A stretch of DNA of 64,000 nt from Dicyema japonicum (GCA_011109175.1 RDEW01000016.1:108087-172086), one strand, 5' to 3'; shown: positions 34,645 to 50,206, counted from the first letter of the stretch. The notes: generated from the letters alone by a model not told the origin. Translations and numbers: made by a program.

Positions 34645-36233
34645 TTATACTCGAATATGATATTGCCCATTGCATGTCGAATAGCGAATCCACTTTGTGG
34701 ATGTATAATTACTTTTTTCAGTAATATGCAAGGCCCGGACCTATTTATCAAAAAACATCAGTACATCTATCCCAGAGAGATTAAGGTTCAATATATCAAA
34801 AGCGACAATAATGGGAGCTTTATTCTGTTTGGTGTCCGCCTGTACAGTCGGAAGCTTGGCCTCAGCACTAAAAAAGTACGTGCGGTTGTACTATCATAAT
34901 CAGTACAAACAAACTATGAGCCCACGAATATTCCATAAAAGACAGTTTCTGTCAGGATCATACCTGTATTTGCCAGTACTAGCCTTCATTTGGGCATTGA
35001 AAATATCGAAAGGAACAGGAACGGCAATCTCAATAAATTTGGCCGAGGAAATACGCCTATGTTGGCAGATCAGCTAAAAATAGCTCAAAATCGATAAGAT
35101 GAGCAGAAATCAGCGAAAAGGCGTATAATGAGCTTAGGCATACCTTGAGCTCTATGGATAAGGTTGATCCACTTTGATTATAGCTGGCTTCAATATGAAT
35201 GGGGGGTTTGTTATTCTAGGAAAGTAAGGAAATTCCAACGTCAAGCAAAATCCGATACGTCATCAGTTCGAACTCCCCGTCTGGTGGAGTAAACTTGATG
35301 ACCCTCTGAGCGTCAAATTTAGCCAGGGAGACCGACTGGTGAAAATTGACATCCTCCATGTATATATTGTGGGGGGAGAGCGTTTCTTGTTTGATAACAA
35401 CATAAACCATTCGAAGAGACGTCCGACAGCTTGTTATTGCGGAAAATGACCTTTTCGTTGAGAGAAAGGCTCAACTCGGGCATTCCGCTCAATTTTGTGT
35501 TCAGTTTTATTTTTCCCGTGACGTAGTTGTGAACGACGCTTCCGTTTGTGTTAATGAGGACGTTGTTGTACTCAATTACGTCGACAAAGCACGTATTAGT
35601 CTTATAGCTGATTCCCTCACTTCTCCAAGACACAGAGTTCGTCAGAGAAGTGGGGATCGTGTTCATTGGCGGCTTCTTTGTTATCAGGGACATCATCTTT
35701 AACATTGGTTTGGAGTATCTGCCAGTTTAGTGCAAATACAACTGTTTTAGAACTCTGACCTCGGTTGTTTGCGGAACCCCCGCGTCCATAACCTCGTCCA
35801 GTATTTCATAGACTAATCCGAGGTTGTCGAGAAGAACCAATTCATCGACGATGCTAAAATATTCCTTAAAAATCTTAAGTTAAAATTTCAAGAAACCGAA
35901 ATTAAACGGTATAAAAATTCAAAGCACACCGTCGCATTGCTGTTTGTGGGGGATGTGGCGACAACTAAATATTAGAAGACGAGGTTAGTAATGGATAGTC
36001 AAAAGTACAGTAAATGTCGCTATTTTTAACGTAAATGAAATGAATCTCAGTTTCTTCGTCGTAAATTATCGGCTTCAAATTGTCCTCACAAGAGCGCAAA
36101 AGTGCAGAAAATTGCCCAATTACTTCTAAGGAGATGTTGGGCTTATATTTACGCCAAAGTAAAAGCTAAGTGGTGAAATTAGTAAACTTACTTTTGCGAA
36201 TCTGTCTAATATGAAAAGCCCGGTGACTGACAT
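34645..36233 (-). CDS. Adaptor complex medium (mu) subunit, most like AP-1 mu
   Basis: MSVTGLFILD..; VYEILDEVMDAGVPQTTE; SVSWRSEGISY..FVDVIE; LSGMPELSL.LNEK; DVNFHQ.V.L.KF..FTPPDGEFELMTYR; ITEKSNY..KWIRY..NGQYHIRV*. The N- and C-terminal wording favours AP1M over AP2M. Confidence 0.85.
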
Positions 36234-36399
36234 TAGAATAGCATATGCTAAATTTAGGTAACCTATGAAATTAGAACACCTCACAACAAATTTAGTTTAA
36301 TATTATTTAAATTTATTAAAATTTATTTTTAAAAATATTAAAAATTAATAATTTTTGAAAAAAAAATTATTATTGTTTTACCAATTTAAGTCTGATACA

Positions 36400-36735
36400 C
36401 TACCGTCACTCAGGAAACTAAAGGGACTATCAGAACCACACTTCTTTTCGGAGAGAGAGGTGAAGGATAAAATACATTTCGTAGACACTACATACTCCCA
36501 TGGACCAGACAATATTCCTGTCATTTTATTAAAAAATCTTGGAGACGGGGGAGTCACTTTCCTATCGTCGGTTTTCAACTATTCGATTAACCCGAATGTG
36601 ACATCATTATTATGGAAACAGACAGTAATATGGCCAATACTAAAACCAGAAGACCGAAAGATGACCCAGCGTCTTTTAGACCGGTGTTAATGCTATGTTC
36701 CATCTCAAAAATCCTGGAAAGGCTTGTGTAAAAAA
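36400..36735 (+). mobile_element. APE-type LINE RT N-terminal fragment
   Basis: SHGPDNIPVILLKNLG..WKQTVIWPILKP..FRPVLMLCSISKILERLV; same family as 32728. Confidence 0.8.
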
Positions 36736-38010
36736 AATTATTGGTTGAAGTTTTATTTTTGTCTGTTTCTTCTTTCTCTTCCTACTAGAGTGGCGTCTGC
36801 AACTACCAAATAGTTGGCTTGGTACTGGCTACCGTAAAAGCACCAAGCTACCTTTCCGATTTCTTTAAAACCTTTCTAATTGGCACTAAATGCATCAAAA
36901 AATTGTGTAACAATAATACACCGACCATAATGAGAAATTTACTCATCAAACTAAGATATATAACGACCAAAATGAGATTTTAATTCATCAACTAAGATAT
37001 ATTTAAGGAATGTCATTACTCGTAGTAATTTTCCATGTTCTCCTTTAATAAGATGAAATAGGATAACGTGTGAGACCTTAATTTTGTAATACTTGCCGCA
37101 GCTTATCCATGTGACTGATCATTGGAAGTTTCCACTACAATTCTGTAGGCCACTACCTCCTTCATTTGAAAGGACCAGGCTGGACCTGACAGGAAAAAAT
37201 TTTTTACGTCAATCCCTCACTCAAATCTCTTTGGTTATTTCAAAGCGAAGACTAACTCGGACTCTATGACCTCACACTCTGACCTTGCAATTTCCCTTAT
37301 TGAAGAGATTCTCTGATTTGGGTCCCCACTCAGTCTAGTAACTGTGGTGCGGTCTCTTACTGGCTGTAAAGGGATAATTAACAGAAAATCCAATTTATTG
37401 TCACATTCGTCAATTACTACAACAGGAATAGCTTTGTAATTACTAAATCGACTTTTCAGTAATTAATGGCTTTTTGGAATGTAAATATCAAAATTACAAA
37501 ATTGTCACCAAAAACTTAATATTAAAGATTTCATTCCCAAAGACCACAAGTAAAGATAGGATTGACAACTATGTGATCCCGACACGTCCCAACAGGGGCT
37601 TCAGTATTTCTCACTTGAGCCCACACAACTCCCTGATGAACACAAAATTTAAAAGTCACGATGTTTCGACCTCCGTCTACCGTTAGACAAATTATGGGAT
37701 CTACGTTTTGTCATGATGTAATGCCCATCCACCACCGGACCGATAAGCAGTAAGTCCCTGGTCTTCATCAAGAAGCTCGGTTGTACTGCTTCGATCAGAA
37801 ACCATGATAACCGCGAAACGTAATGGCTCATCCTGTTTGTCTCCATAGCAGTCCAGACAGACGGGGAAACGCAGTACCGAAAAGTTAATTATTTTCTATT
37901 AAAATTTAAATAATTATTTTTTATTAAAATTTTTGTGTTCATTAAAAATAAATTATTTTTAAAGATTTATTATTATCATTTATAATAAATCAACTTTAAT
38001 TATTCGCTTA

Positions 38011-39875
<1,865 letters not shown>

Positions 39876-39929
39876 CCACAACACTAACATTATTATTATT
39901 TAAACCAAAGAAACACCGTCTTGACCACT

Positions 39930-40450
39930 AACTAGTATTCAGGTGATCCGGCATCTCTCAATAATCGGGCCATCTTTCTCGATGGTCCGACCGTGACCCC
40001 ACACATTTTCTATACGGACAGGGGTTTTTTCCCTCCTCTTATGAACTTGCCTCCAGTTGCCTCTATGATAGACTCTAGTGTTCTGGGGGCAATTTCTCTA
40101 TCTGTATATTTTTCCAGTAACTTTATTGCTTTTGACTGGATCTCTTGAATTTTTATTAGGTTCGTTGCCGCCAGGTTAAATCCCTAAGCAACACATGCAT
40201 AGCCTATTGTTGGCTCGATATACACCTGGCGGATAAACTCTTCCACAGTTCAAAAGGAAGGCTGTACAAGGTTGATCTTCTTTGCACAGGTTCATATGAT
40301 GGATTCCATATGGGCTGAATAGCAGAAGAAAGTATCAAAAGTTACTTCCAGTATCTTCTGCCATTTCTTTTGTGGTATAGGCACTCCATTTAACGTGACA
40401 TCAATTGTTTGCGTTCCCATCTTTCTATTCTTAGTGAATAGAGTTACTGC
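39930..40450 (-). mobile_element. Decayed LINE RT C-terminal fragment
   Basis: IDVTLNGVPIPQ..KILEVTFDT resembles the LINE ..KILGVTFD motif. Confidence 0.5.
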
Positions 40451-41579
40451 TGACTTACCGCAACATGCATATAATCGTTTATGTTTAAATTAATTTAAAT
40501 AAATTTTAATGATAATTTAATAGTTTTAACATTTGGAACAGAGTTAAAATAAATTTCAAATTAAAGAAAAGAGAGTAAACGGTTATATAGCGGCTGCCCT
40601 GACTGCGTGGCTATTCCCTCTCAGGAAGCGAGCGAGATTCGCTCAAATAACCAACAGCATCTAAAAATATTCCGTCTGCTAATTATTAACCAAAAAATAG
40701 AATCCTAGTTAATCATCTATTGTTATTCTGCAAAATAACACAGCTGGTGGCATCGACCGAGTTACGATTAGCTGTTGGTTCGTTTATCAGCTAACTTGTT
40801 GATGAATTCCGTGGTCCTTATTGCGATCCGGATTCCAAATTTTTATCTTAAAAAATATATATATTATTTTAGTGGAAAATGTAATGTTTTAATATATTTT
40901 TTGTTTCATTATTTTAAAATTTTATTATATTTTTTTTAATTATCACAGGTCACAGGTGACAACTCGACCCCAACGAGCTTGTGTAGGATCGAGGGATGAG
41001 CATCGAGCCAAGCTGAGAGCCTGTTTAAATTCGTACGGATCACTTAGTTTTCGGCTAATGGTGGTCTTGGAATAAAAATTTGATTGTGGAAATTTCATCT
41101 TAATAGAAGTGGACCGAAACGAATTATGACCTCCGATATCTCTCAATGCATGTTATCACAACATCTGATTTATTTTCTCCACATAAATTCTATTACTTTT
41201 CAATTTATATCCATAGTGCTCTGTGCCTTCTTCAAATCTTAAGAGGCATCTATTGATTCACTTGTCTCAAAAACGCCCATTTCCTAGCCGTATTCCGGAA
41301 GGATCTATTTCTTTTCTAATGCATAAAAGGGGTTCCTCACTGGCCGATATGGACGGGAGTGATACTCAACAGGATACTCAACAGGATACGTTTCAAATTA
41401 TAGACTCGGGAGATATTGGACAAAGAAATCTTCGAATATGCCTAGGAATTGGGCTCGAGGTCTTCCCCCTCCCCTAGTCTTCTTTTCACAAGCCACACCT
41501 CCATACCAAGAATTTCTTGTAGTGTAATACGAAGACGCCACGGAACTTTCCCCAGAGACTGCGATAAATTCCGACAATT

Positions 41580-42705
41580 CTAGCAATCAAAATATCTCAA
41601 TGAAGCCTCAACACATTTATTGAAAAAGATTAGCAATCCTCCAAGTAATCAATCCAATGTGGGGGGATAGATAACCGATAATAAATGAAGTGACGAGATT
41701 GACATCATCATTCGTCAACAAATTAAGCCCAGAAATGTGCCTAATAGAATCCGTTGGATTATTAGTGACTTTCCCTTTTCTATTCACCCCTAGCAATTAT
41801 TCACCACCAAAACCAGAAAACTGTAGCTTCGCCCCAATAAGTGAGTCAGTCAAAGAACCCAGAATCCCAGTCACCCCACAAAATAAAATAACAGGCCATT
41901 GAGGATGAATAAGAGATTCAGCAAAAATATAGCATTTTATCAACGTAAAGCTGTAAAAAACACAGCCGATCAAAGTTCCCCCAGCAACACTAGAGAGGGT
42001 CCCAATAATTGAGATTCCCCCATTTACTCCAGGCGGGACAACCTTGAAAGTCGTGATCAAAACGGTGCTTCTGAACCGAATAGAAGACCCAAGTTCCGAA
42101 GCGAGAGTATCAGCAAAGGAACAGGATAGACAACCAAGAAACGATAGCTTGGCGCACGTGGCAATGAAAAACTCACGAAAATTCAACGGGGAGTCGTGAT
42201 AATCTCCGTTGATGAGACTTTTGAAAAGCAGGAGAGCAGCGATTCCGCCGTTACAGACGACTTGAATCCAATTTCTCTTGATTCCATAAATATGAACGAA
42301 TATTACTGTGTCGTGGTGAATTTTTATTTTATAGTTTTTCCGAAATTTCGTCGCCCTGGAAGCAGCAAAAAAGTAAAACAGCAAAGTGAGAAAACAAACG
42401 GGGGACGACAGGCACACCATAACGCCGACAAGAAAGGCTTACTAAATATTTTCAAAAATATACCTGCGACTTTTCCTGAGAGATCCAACGACGAGGAAAC
42501 GAAAAACTTTGAAATAATAATGTTGGGGAGAAGGCTGAATATAATGGTGGAATATGAAGGCAATCTAACAACTAATATGAAATATAGTCCTAGTACATTT
42601 GAATATCAACAAATGAATCCAGAGGAAAATATCGGTGAATATAAACACTAGCACCAAAATTGGGAGATAAGACACTCTGAGTTTAGATAAAAGCTGACGG
42701 AACAT
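41580..42705 (-). CDS. TMEM19: Transmembrane protein 19 (DUF92)
   Basis: KRNWIQVVCNGG..ADTLASELGS..LITTFKVVPPGVNGGISIIGT..GSLTDSLIGAKLQFSG..RHISGLNLLTNDDVNL; the exact 3' end is uncertain. Confidence 0.9.
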
Positions 42706-42876
42706 CACTAGAATCTAAAATTTGATTTAAATAAAAAATTTAACAACAAAGTGTAACAAGAATCTTTTGAATTATATTTAATTATTTGAATTTAAAAAAT
42801 AATATTTTTAAATATTAATTAAATTATTTTTTATTTCAACAAACAAGTTAAATTGTTACAAAGTGCATTGTAGTAA

Positions 42877-45011
42877 TTAAATTCTAATTTTAAACAGCTT
42901 AAGCTTAAAGCCCAGCAATTGCTTAAGAATCGCTGCTAATGTGGAAAACAAAAAGACGTGGAGAATACTGGATAGAATAGGATTTCCAAACACCGTCGAT
43001 ATTTTGAAGGATTTTTCGACATTCTACCATTCCTTAGCGATCACGTACTTTTAGGATCTCAAAGGCTATTTCGAGATTTTTTATGGCGAGCAGGTACCGC
43101 TCTTGCTTTGCCGGTTTTTGGTCAATCGATTGGTAAAGATTAAACTGGCTGTTAATTCATATTCCCGTACTTTCTCGGTGAGTAAAACACTTGCGTTTTT
43201 TGCCGCATTATTGTACCTGGTTTGGTCCGTGATCAGGCGAAGCAGATATGTCCCCAGGATGAGCATCCAACCACAAATTTCCCAGCTATACTGGGAATTG
43301 AAGAAGTCGTATTTGAAAAAGTTCATCTGATCTCAGTGATTAAGGGTAACTGGATTCCAAGGGCAACGAACAACGTTATGAACGCATAAACTGAGAAATT
43401 CACACATAATCTTATGGATCCCACGGGCCCATATTTCTACGTAAACAAGAGCCGAACCTTAACGTTAGACCTTATCGAAAGCCACGATTTCACTTTTCTC
43501 GCTGAATTCAAGCGAAAGTACGGCAGGCCGTTCCTCTGGGAATGTCGCAAGGAGGTTATCATATCGAAATTATTGTAGTTCTTCAGTCTCTGTTAAAGAA
43601 CTCATACTCAAGGATACACTTCGACACGCTCTTTCAGCGAGAGTCAGTATGAAGGTTAAATAGAAACTCAGAAAGAACTTTTGCAGCACAAAATTCAAAG
43701 TTATTAGCTTCTCCCTATAAATAACAATTCCCTCCATACAGGAGAGCGGCCCCAAAAGTTTGGTTAATGATTGTCCCCAGTGTTTGAGCCTCAGTAAAAT
43801 TTATCACGGAGTAGTTATAGATCGGGGACATCAGAGATAGGATGATCGACGAGCAAATCCCGAACAAAAAATAACTCTTCTTGGGTGAACGGCTATTACC
43901 CCGGGAGACAATCATACCCCCAATCTCACGGATAGTGAAATATCTCTTTTTACTACTTTTGCCCTCCCTTATGATACACCTCACTAGAAGTAACTCATAA
44001 TCACGCCTTTTTCTACCGAGATTTGATCAATCTGTATTCACGCTAATATGGACTAACCTTGTCCTCACTATTTCTGCAATTCTCACCCGGCACCGGATTA
44101 TCCGTAGCATTGGCATCCGGGGTGTCGTTGATTTCCTCAGAATCAGACTCTGTGGTCTCTATTTCGGAGACCATCAGTTCGTTCAGCAAAATCGGTGAAT
44201 TTTTCTTTAAAATAAAAATTATGCTGGTACACCGAATCTGAGGGGAGGAACTGCCTTTGTTCTCGTTTTCTTTGGCTCCCTCATTTTCTTCCGAAGTTCT
44301 AACTGATTTAGAGGTCAACTCTGCCTCCACCTTCTTTGGAATATCCCGTTCGTGCACACTGAACAAGTTCTTGAGGTTAAATATTTGCTGCTTCAAACTG
44401 TTCGACTTGCTTGAATCTAAACGAATAAAGCCTCCCCCAACTCAACCATTTAAAGAGCCATTTATTAGGGGACTAAAGGTTAGCATTCACTAATACTTCT
44501 GGTCGAACAGCTGGGTTATTAGAATGGACAAGGTCACGAAAAGAGAAGACGACTGCAGTATGTGCTCTAATTCGCCGGTCTTTAAGCTTCCACAAGAAAT
44601 GATACCGAATTGTTGGCCGAAAAATAAGTCTTCACTAAGGCGAGCAGGTTGACGGAGTAAAAGAGGAGCAATAGTATGAAGGGATACAACCCAATTTGAC
44701 TAATCCACCATTTGTTGCTATAAAAGGGGAAGAGGGCATTCAGCACTCCACGCCTACAAATGGTCATGAAAGATCCTCTAGATTTCTTCTTACAGAATTT
44801 TTTCCCTATCAAATGCCTTGACTACTCAACCTTTGATTAGGTCGACGTCCACCACCCGATTTCTCATATTTTTCCAAATTTGAAGTCAGTGTCGTGAAAA
44901 ATCATTTTATATATTTCATCGATTAAAAACATGAGATAAATTCTCAATTAATAACTGTAATAACCTGGTAATGACACGCACATCAATTCTGAATAGAATG
45001 AAGCAAAACAT
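42877..45011 (-). CDS. PHTF1/2-family membrane protein (start uncertain)
   Basis: VDVDLIKG..RRGVLNALFPFYSNKWW; PYFRLNSARKVKSWLSIRS; FNSQYSWEICGW..YLLRLI; C-terminus LLGFKLKLFKIRI* (compare PHTF LLGFNLKLWKIKS). Confidence 0.8.
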
Positions 45012-45679
45012 GAAAGTACGGAAATGAGGGTTTAAAGATTAACTCTGCTATTTTCTATAGAAATTAACTTCTTTTTGTTGGTTGAGTCAGTGACACATCT
45101 CAGTAATGCCTTTCACTCTGTCTGTCTACTCCGTTCTCCATTGCAACATTAACGAAAGTTGGATGAAAGAAACTAATAGAAAGGATGGTAAGCGAAGCCC
45201 GAAGTATTCACATGCTCATGAAATGCGGGAGTGCTTTTGAATAGCGAAATAACTTCTTTAATTCTTCCCAGTTAATTTGAAAAGTATTTAATGGTGTGCT
45301 GACATTTCATGAACTTTAAATTGTTCTTATCATTAACAATTAGCAAAATTAAAATATTATTTTTACAGCAGAGATCAGCCTTCATCAAATATTGCTATCC
45401 TACACGTGTAGCTTCGGACGATCTCCCAACTTTTCTAATTCTAGGACAGACTGAATTCCAACCGGGATTCTAAGTACATCTAACATTTTCTTTGTTCAGA
45501 TCCTCAAGTATCTGATGTCTCCCGAGTCCTTAAACTCAACTATATTGACAAAAAAAGAAAGTCAACTTCATTGGACATCATGAAGCCAAGTCGACATTTA
45601 GTGAGAGAAATAAAATCAAAAATAAATATTTGTAAATTTTGATGAAATTTTTATAATTTAAAATTAGCAAACATTCAAA

Positions 45680-46071
45680 TGCACTTGACCCTCGCAAATT
45701 GGCCAATTTTTAAATTGGGCACATTTTGAAAATTTTTCTAAGAAAAAATCTTATTCTTCTTAATAATTGGCCACAATTTTTAATACAAATTGGAAAAAAT
45801 AAGAAATTGACTTTAAAGAATACGGTTTTTTAACAAAAATGGCTTGGACGACGTATCCGATGAGACGATCAGAAGTTTTTTCAATTTCTTCAAAAAGGTA
45901 CAAAACAATTATTAAGCAAAGAAAAAGCAGTTAGGTATTAAATATATTTTTTTCATCATTTAAGGCATTTTCTTAAAAATTGTTCTTCAAAATTATTGAG
46001 TTTATTTTTTTCAAATCGGCCACAAAATTATAAGGAACTAAAACTGGTAAATGTGCGAGGGTCGATTGTAC
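45680..46071. mobile_element. Degenerate MITE-like element with inverted ends
   Basis: gaccctcgcaaatt near 45688 versus aatgtgcgagggtcgattg|ta near 46051-46071. Confidence 0.45.
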
Positions 46072-46259
46072 TTATAATTGAAATTATTTATTGTTTCACT
46101 AATTGTGTGTGGGTAAGTGTCACAAAATGTGTCATAATTATTTTAAATCAATGATAATAGCATTATTGATGAAAGCCTCTAACTATATATTAGTCTATCA
46201 ATTTTTATAGCTTTATCAATGACCTTAATTGCACTATATTCTTGACAACCAGAAAACGG

Positions 46260-46860
46260 GTTGCCTCTTCTCTTCTCCGGGTCCAGCTCCAATTTAAGCC
46301 CAACCAAATACACCTGTCAGGTCTCTGGGATCATTCGCTCTTGACTGTGACGTTTTTGATAGCCACCAGTTGTTTTCACTCGAAGAGAACAGGAGTAAAT
46401 AAATAAAAATAAATGCATTATAAAAATTAAGTCCACCTAAAAGTTCAATTTTATCAAAATGGAAGGCAAAAGGCATGAATGCTATGAAATTGCAAAATTA
46501 CAAAGACCAAGGTAAAACCAAACTCTCGTGATCTCGACACATTGCAGCAGGCTGGAACGCGTCACCAGGGAGAGGTTTGTTTCCAGAGGAGTGACTGGTT
46601 CTATTTCAAAGTGCATCAGATGCCCTGTAGGTGGCACCAAAACTTACAGAGCTTATGAACCACATGACGCCACGCAATCATCTATCAAGGAGGAAAGGGT
46701 TGAGTAGGCGACTGACGTTTTGCAGAGCTCGCAAGACTACATTGAGGTGGATGGTCTTTAACAGCTCGCCTAAAATGGAGAGAAATTAATAAGTCCGAGG
46801 AAAAAGTTAATGGCGTCCTCATCCATTTTCCAAGTCGTTGACAGTGCCATGTTTATCCCG
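46260..46860 (-). mobile_element. Decayed LINE 3' fragment
   Basis: Broken frames resemble the LINE C-terminal ..RLLN..C..C..HL region; part is homologous to 16935-17100. Confidence 0.45.
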
Positions 46861-47083
46861 ACCACACAAAAGATCACTCAAATGAGAGAATAAACTTATA
46901 ACATTAAGTATTTTAGAGAACCCCAATCCAATGGGTGGAGGACAAAAGTTTAAACACTCGAAATATTTTTTTAAATAATTTAATTACTTCATATATTTTT
47001 TAATTTTTTTATTATTAATATTGATTTGATTTTTAAAAGTCAATTTCACTAGAATTCAGGTTACTGAGAACACCTGTGGTTTT

Positions 47084-50000
47084 ATGGTCCCGTGGATTAA
47101 CAAATTTTTGCTTAAAAACCACTGTGACCCTATAGAAGATGATACATTCGGTATAAAAGTCTTCACACGTTTAGATTCGCTACCATTCTGCCTTAGAATC
47201 ATGTTAGAGTCTTGCTGCAGAAACTTTAATGGGAAGCAAATAAAGATTTCCGAGATATTAAAGTTCATTGACTGGCAAAGCAACGTCCAACCCCCCAACT
47301 ATTTTCTGTTTAAGCCGGCGAGAGTTATGCTTAAGGATTTCACGTACTTTTTGGTTCAATTTCAGTGCCATTCCCATTATTTGCGACTTGGCCACAGTAC
47401 GTGATCATGTGAATTCCAAAAGTGACCACAATACATGTGCACGTGTTAAACCGCAGTGTCTGGTAGACCTGTTTGTTGACCACTCCTTACAAACCGAGAT
47501 CTCCATGTATGATATTATCCTCCATTCTAGTCCCGGAAATGGAAAATGCTCCAATTTTAAAATGTTCGGAGACACGTGCCCATTTCACAGGAAAGAGTGC
47601 TCCATGTTTACCTGGTAGTTTATATTTAGGTCGGACTCCATAAGGATTAACGAGGGAATGAATTCAAGAAATACAACGAGCATTATAAAATACTGAAGGT
47701 TTGTCGCTTTCACTAGGTTAGTGGGCTTCCGAGACATTCGACAACGTTACTACCTTCCCTCCTGGCCTGGGCACCCCCCATCACTTCAACGTGAAGTTCA
47801 TGGCTCGATTTTGTGTCGAGACTAATAATCTGATGTATCCCGACAGTGTTGTTGGGACTGACAGTAATCTGTCCATACTTAATGGACTGGGGATCTTTAG
47901 CCTGAGTTGGTAGTCGACTAATTTTCCTAGCGTCCCCCTTCGCCGATTCAGGAAGCGCAGTTCTTGGCTTAGCTTTGAGTGTGACCGTCAATGAAATTGT
48001 CGGTGTCGGATTTTCGGTGATATAAGGCAGTATGTGAACTCCACGGACGTCGTCCTCGACATAATCCGCGTATTTTCCTGGGCTTTAAATCAGAGGTTAA
48101 GAGAAAGTGAAAGTTCGCTGAATTTTGTCGAATTCTTCGGTCCATCCGTGTCCAAGTTGACTGTGAATGAGAGAATGGTCATAGCAAACATGTGCAGCGA
48201 ATTTGGCGCGGTTGTGGCCTACTTTCCACCAGACGACACCTTGATTGACTACTTTAGACCAATATGTAGTGATTGGTCCCATGGTAGTGGGACATGATGT
48301 GTGCAGTCGATTCTACGAGTATTTAAAGTCGGTCAAATTATTCCGATCGGACTCAGTAGGCACTTCAAATCCGCGTTTTTCCAGGGTTAGTCCTCTAAAA
48401 GTCATGCTTAGGTTATCGACGTCGACCTCAGCTCAATTCAGTCTTTTTGCAGTCTCAGAAAGCAGAAATCCCCCATGAATGAAATTAGACCCTTCATTTC
48501 ACAGCACATCAGTCAGAATTTTAATATTGTAAGCTTGGGGGAGTACATTTTAGTGTGACTCTGGAAAATTGAGAGCCGAAGTTGTCTCCGCCTCCATAAT
48601 GCATTACACCAACCATACAGTTTCCTCAGTGATGTTGGCTGCGGGTTTCGCTTCATTCGTGAAATTTAAGGACTGATGGCCAGGAATGCATTCGAAGCCG
48701 GGTTTTCAGTCAAATCCAACATAAAGTGTTGTTTGCTGCCGGGAAACTCACTGAGTGTCCCCTATCTTCTCTACAGTGGGACTTACGACTTTCTCACTAA
48801 GATTGGGTTTTCCGAATGATTATTCTTAGCTTCATGGTGGTCGGCTACGGATGTTCTGAGTGCATTCAGAATTACGAGAAGCTCAAGTCACAAGAGCCCG
48901 AAGATGTTTGTGTTGATGGATGATATTTAGGGAGGACTATTACGATTGGCTGTTTCCTCAAAGAATCACGAATCTCTGAAATCTGGCTCTGTCAACGATA
49001 TACTACTAGTGTCCCCTCTTTATGTGGTTGCTTACGCACTTGTGGGGGATGCCTTGTTCGACTTTGACTCTCATCCACTCGGATTCCACCAGAAAACTAA
49101 GAATCCAGTTTTCCTTTCAGACATCTGGCCTTCTAGAAGCCAAATTAACGTATTTTTCGCTCTAAAACAAAGGAGACAATCAAATCCTCTATTAACCCCC
49201 AACTTTACACTCAAATGAGCAAGAAAATACAAGTAGAGTGAATAACCTAACTAGAATGGCTCTTTCCATTGGAATAATATCAAAACGGGTACAAGTCGTG
49301 ATAGTCTCCTCTATGACTGGAATTCAGAGTCAAATTGTGTCCTCCCCACTCCATTTCTTTATAAGGTTTTCTGTTAGCTCAGCTTGAATAGGACTTTAAA
49401 AGTGGGAGCAAGTTAAAGAATATTTATAATGCACGTGCAATGTTGATGATGGGTGATGACGTGGTCTCTGGACTCATTGCTCCTGCGGGAAGTATTCCAA
49501 GAAATAGTCAAGCCTCCCAATTTTTACTTTCATATGGGTTGATGTTCATATAATGGTAGTCTCGCTCCTCGTGATCTTGGCTCCTATGGATTCTATCGTG
49601 GATCTCACGAAGTCATGGTTAGGGGGATGTTTTGTAATCCTAAACTGGATTGTCTGCTGAAAGGAGGTTCAAATTCCTTTGACAGTCGCACTTCCAGTCT
49701 TCAAGTTGTCCATTACCCAACTCTTGACACCCTTCCCCTTTATTTGGCGGCAGTAAGATATCAAAAGGAAGGGGTTCCTCTGATTATTTTTGCCGGACAT
49801 AACTTTGGAAGTGGTACCCCCCGCGATTGGATGGCCAAAGGTCTCGTGATGCTCGTATGACTTATGTTTATCGTGAATAGGGTGTAAGGGTGGTAGTAGC
49901 TCGTTCCATCCCCGAATGGTACAGATTCGACCTAATTAGTGTCGGAGTAATCCCTCTATGCTTTCAGTCTGATTCGTCGTTGGAGACGCTAGAATTAGTT

Positions 50001-50206
50001 GGAAATGAAATTTACGATATTCGTTTTCCATTTGTCATCGAACCTTATTGTACTGTGAAAATTATGGTTTTACGGTGTTTTATTCCATTTAGGTCGACCA
50101 GGACAGTGGGTTTGACGTTACGCTTAATTGTGTGAATGATTTCGAAATCACTTTGTTGCATCATGGAGGGATTTTTCAACATTGCTTTCGAAACATCGCA
50201 AATTAA
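47084..50206 (+). CDS. Cytosolic aconitase / iron-regulatory protein family (ACO1/IREB), predicted catalytically dead
   Basis: LPFCLRIMLES, FKPARVM..DFT, VDHS, YPDSVVGTDS, NSTDVVL, FVEFFGPSV, IANMCSEFGA, VVGYGC..CI, DIWPS, VMVRG..NP, GVPLIIFAG.NFGSG..RDW.AKG, LISVGVIPLCF, GGIF. All four domains are collinear with ACO1 across many micro-introns. Confidence 0.93.

Noticed and set aside
47713-47991. Minus-strand 92-aa ORF
   Set aside because: Shadow of the ACO1-like exons on the + strand.
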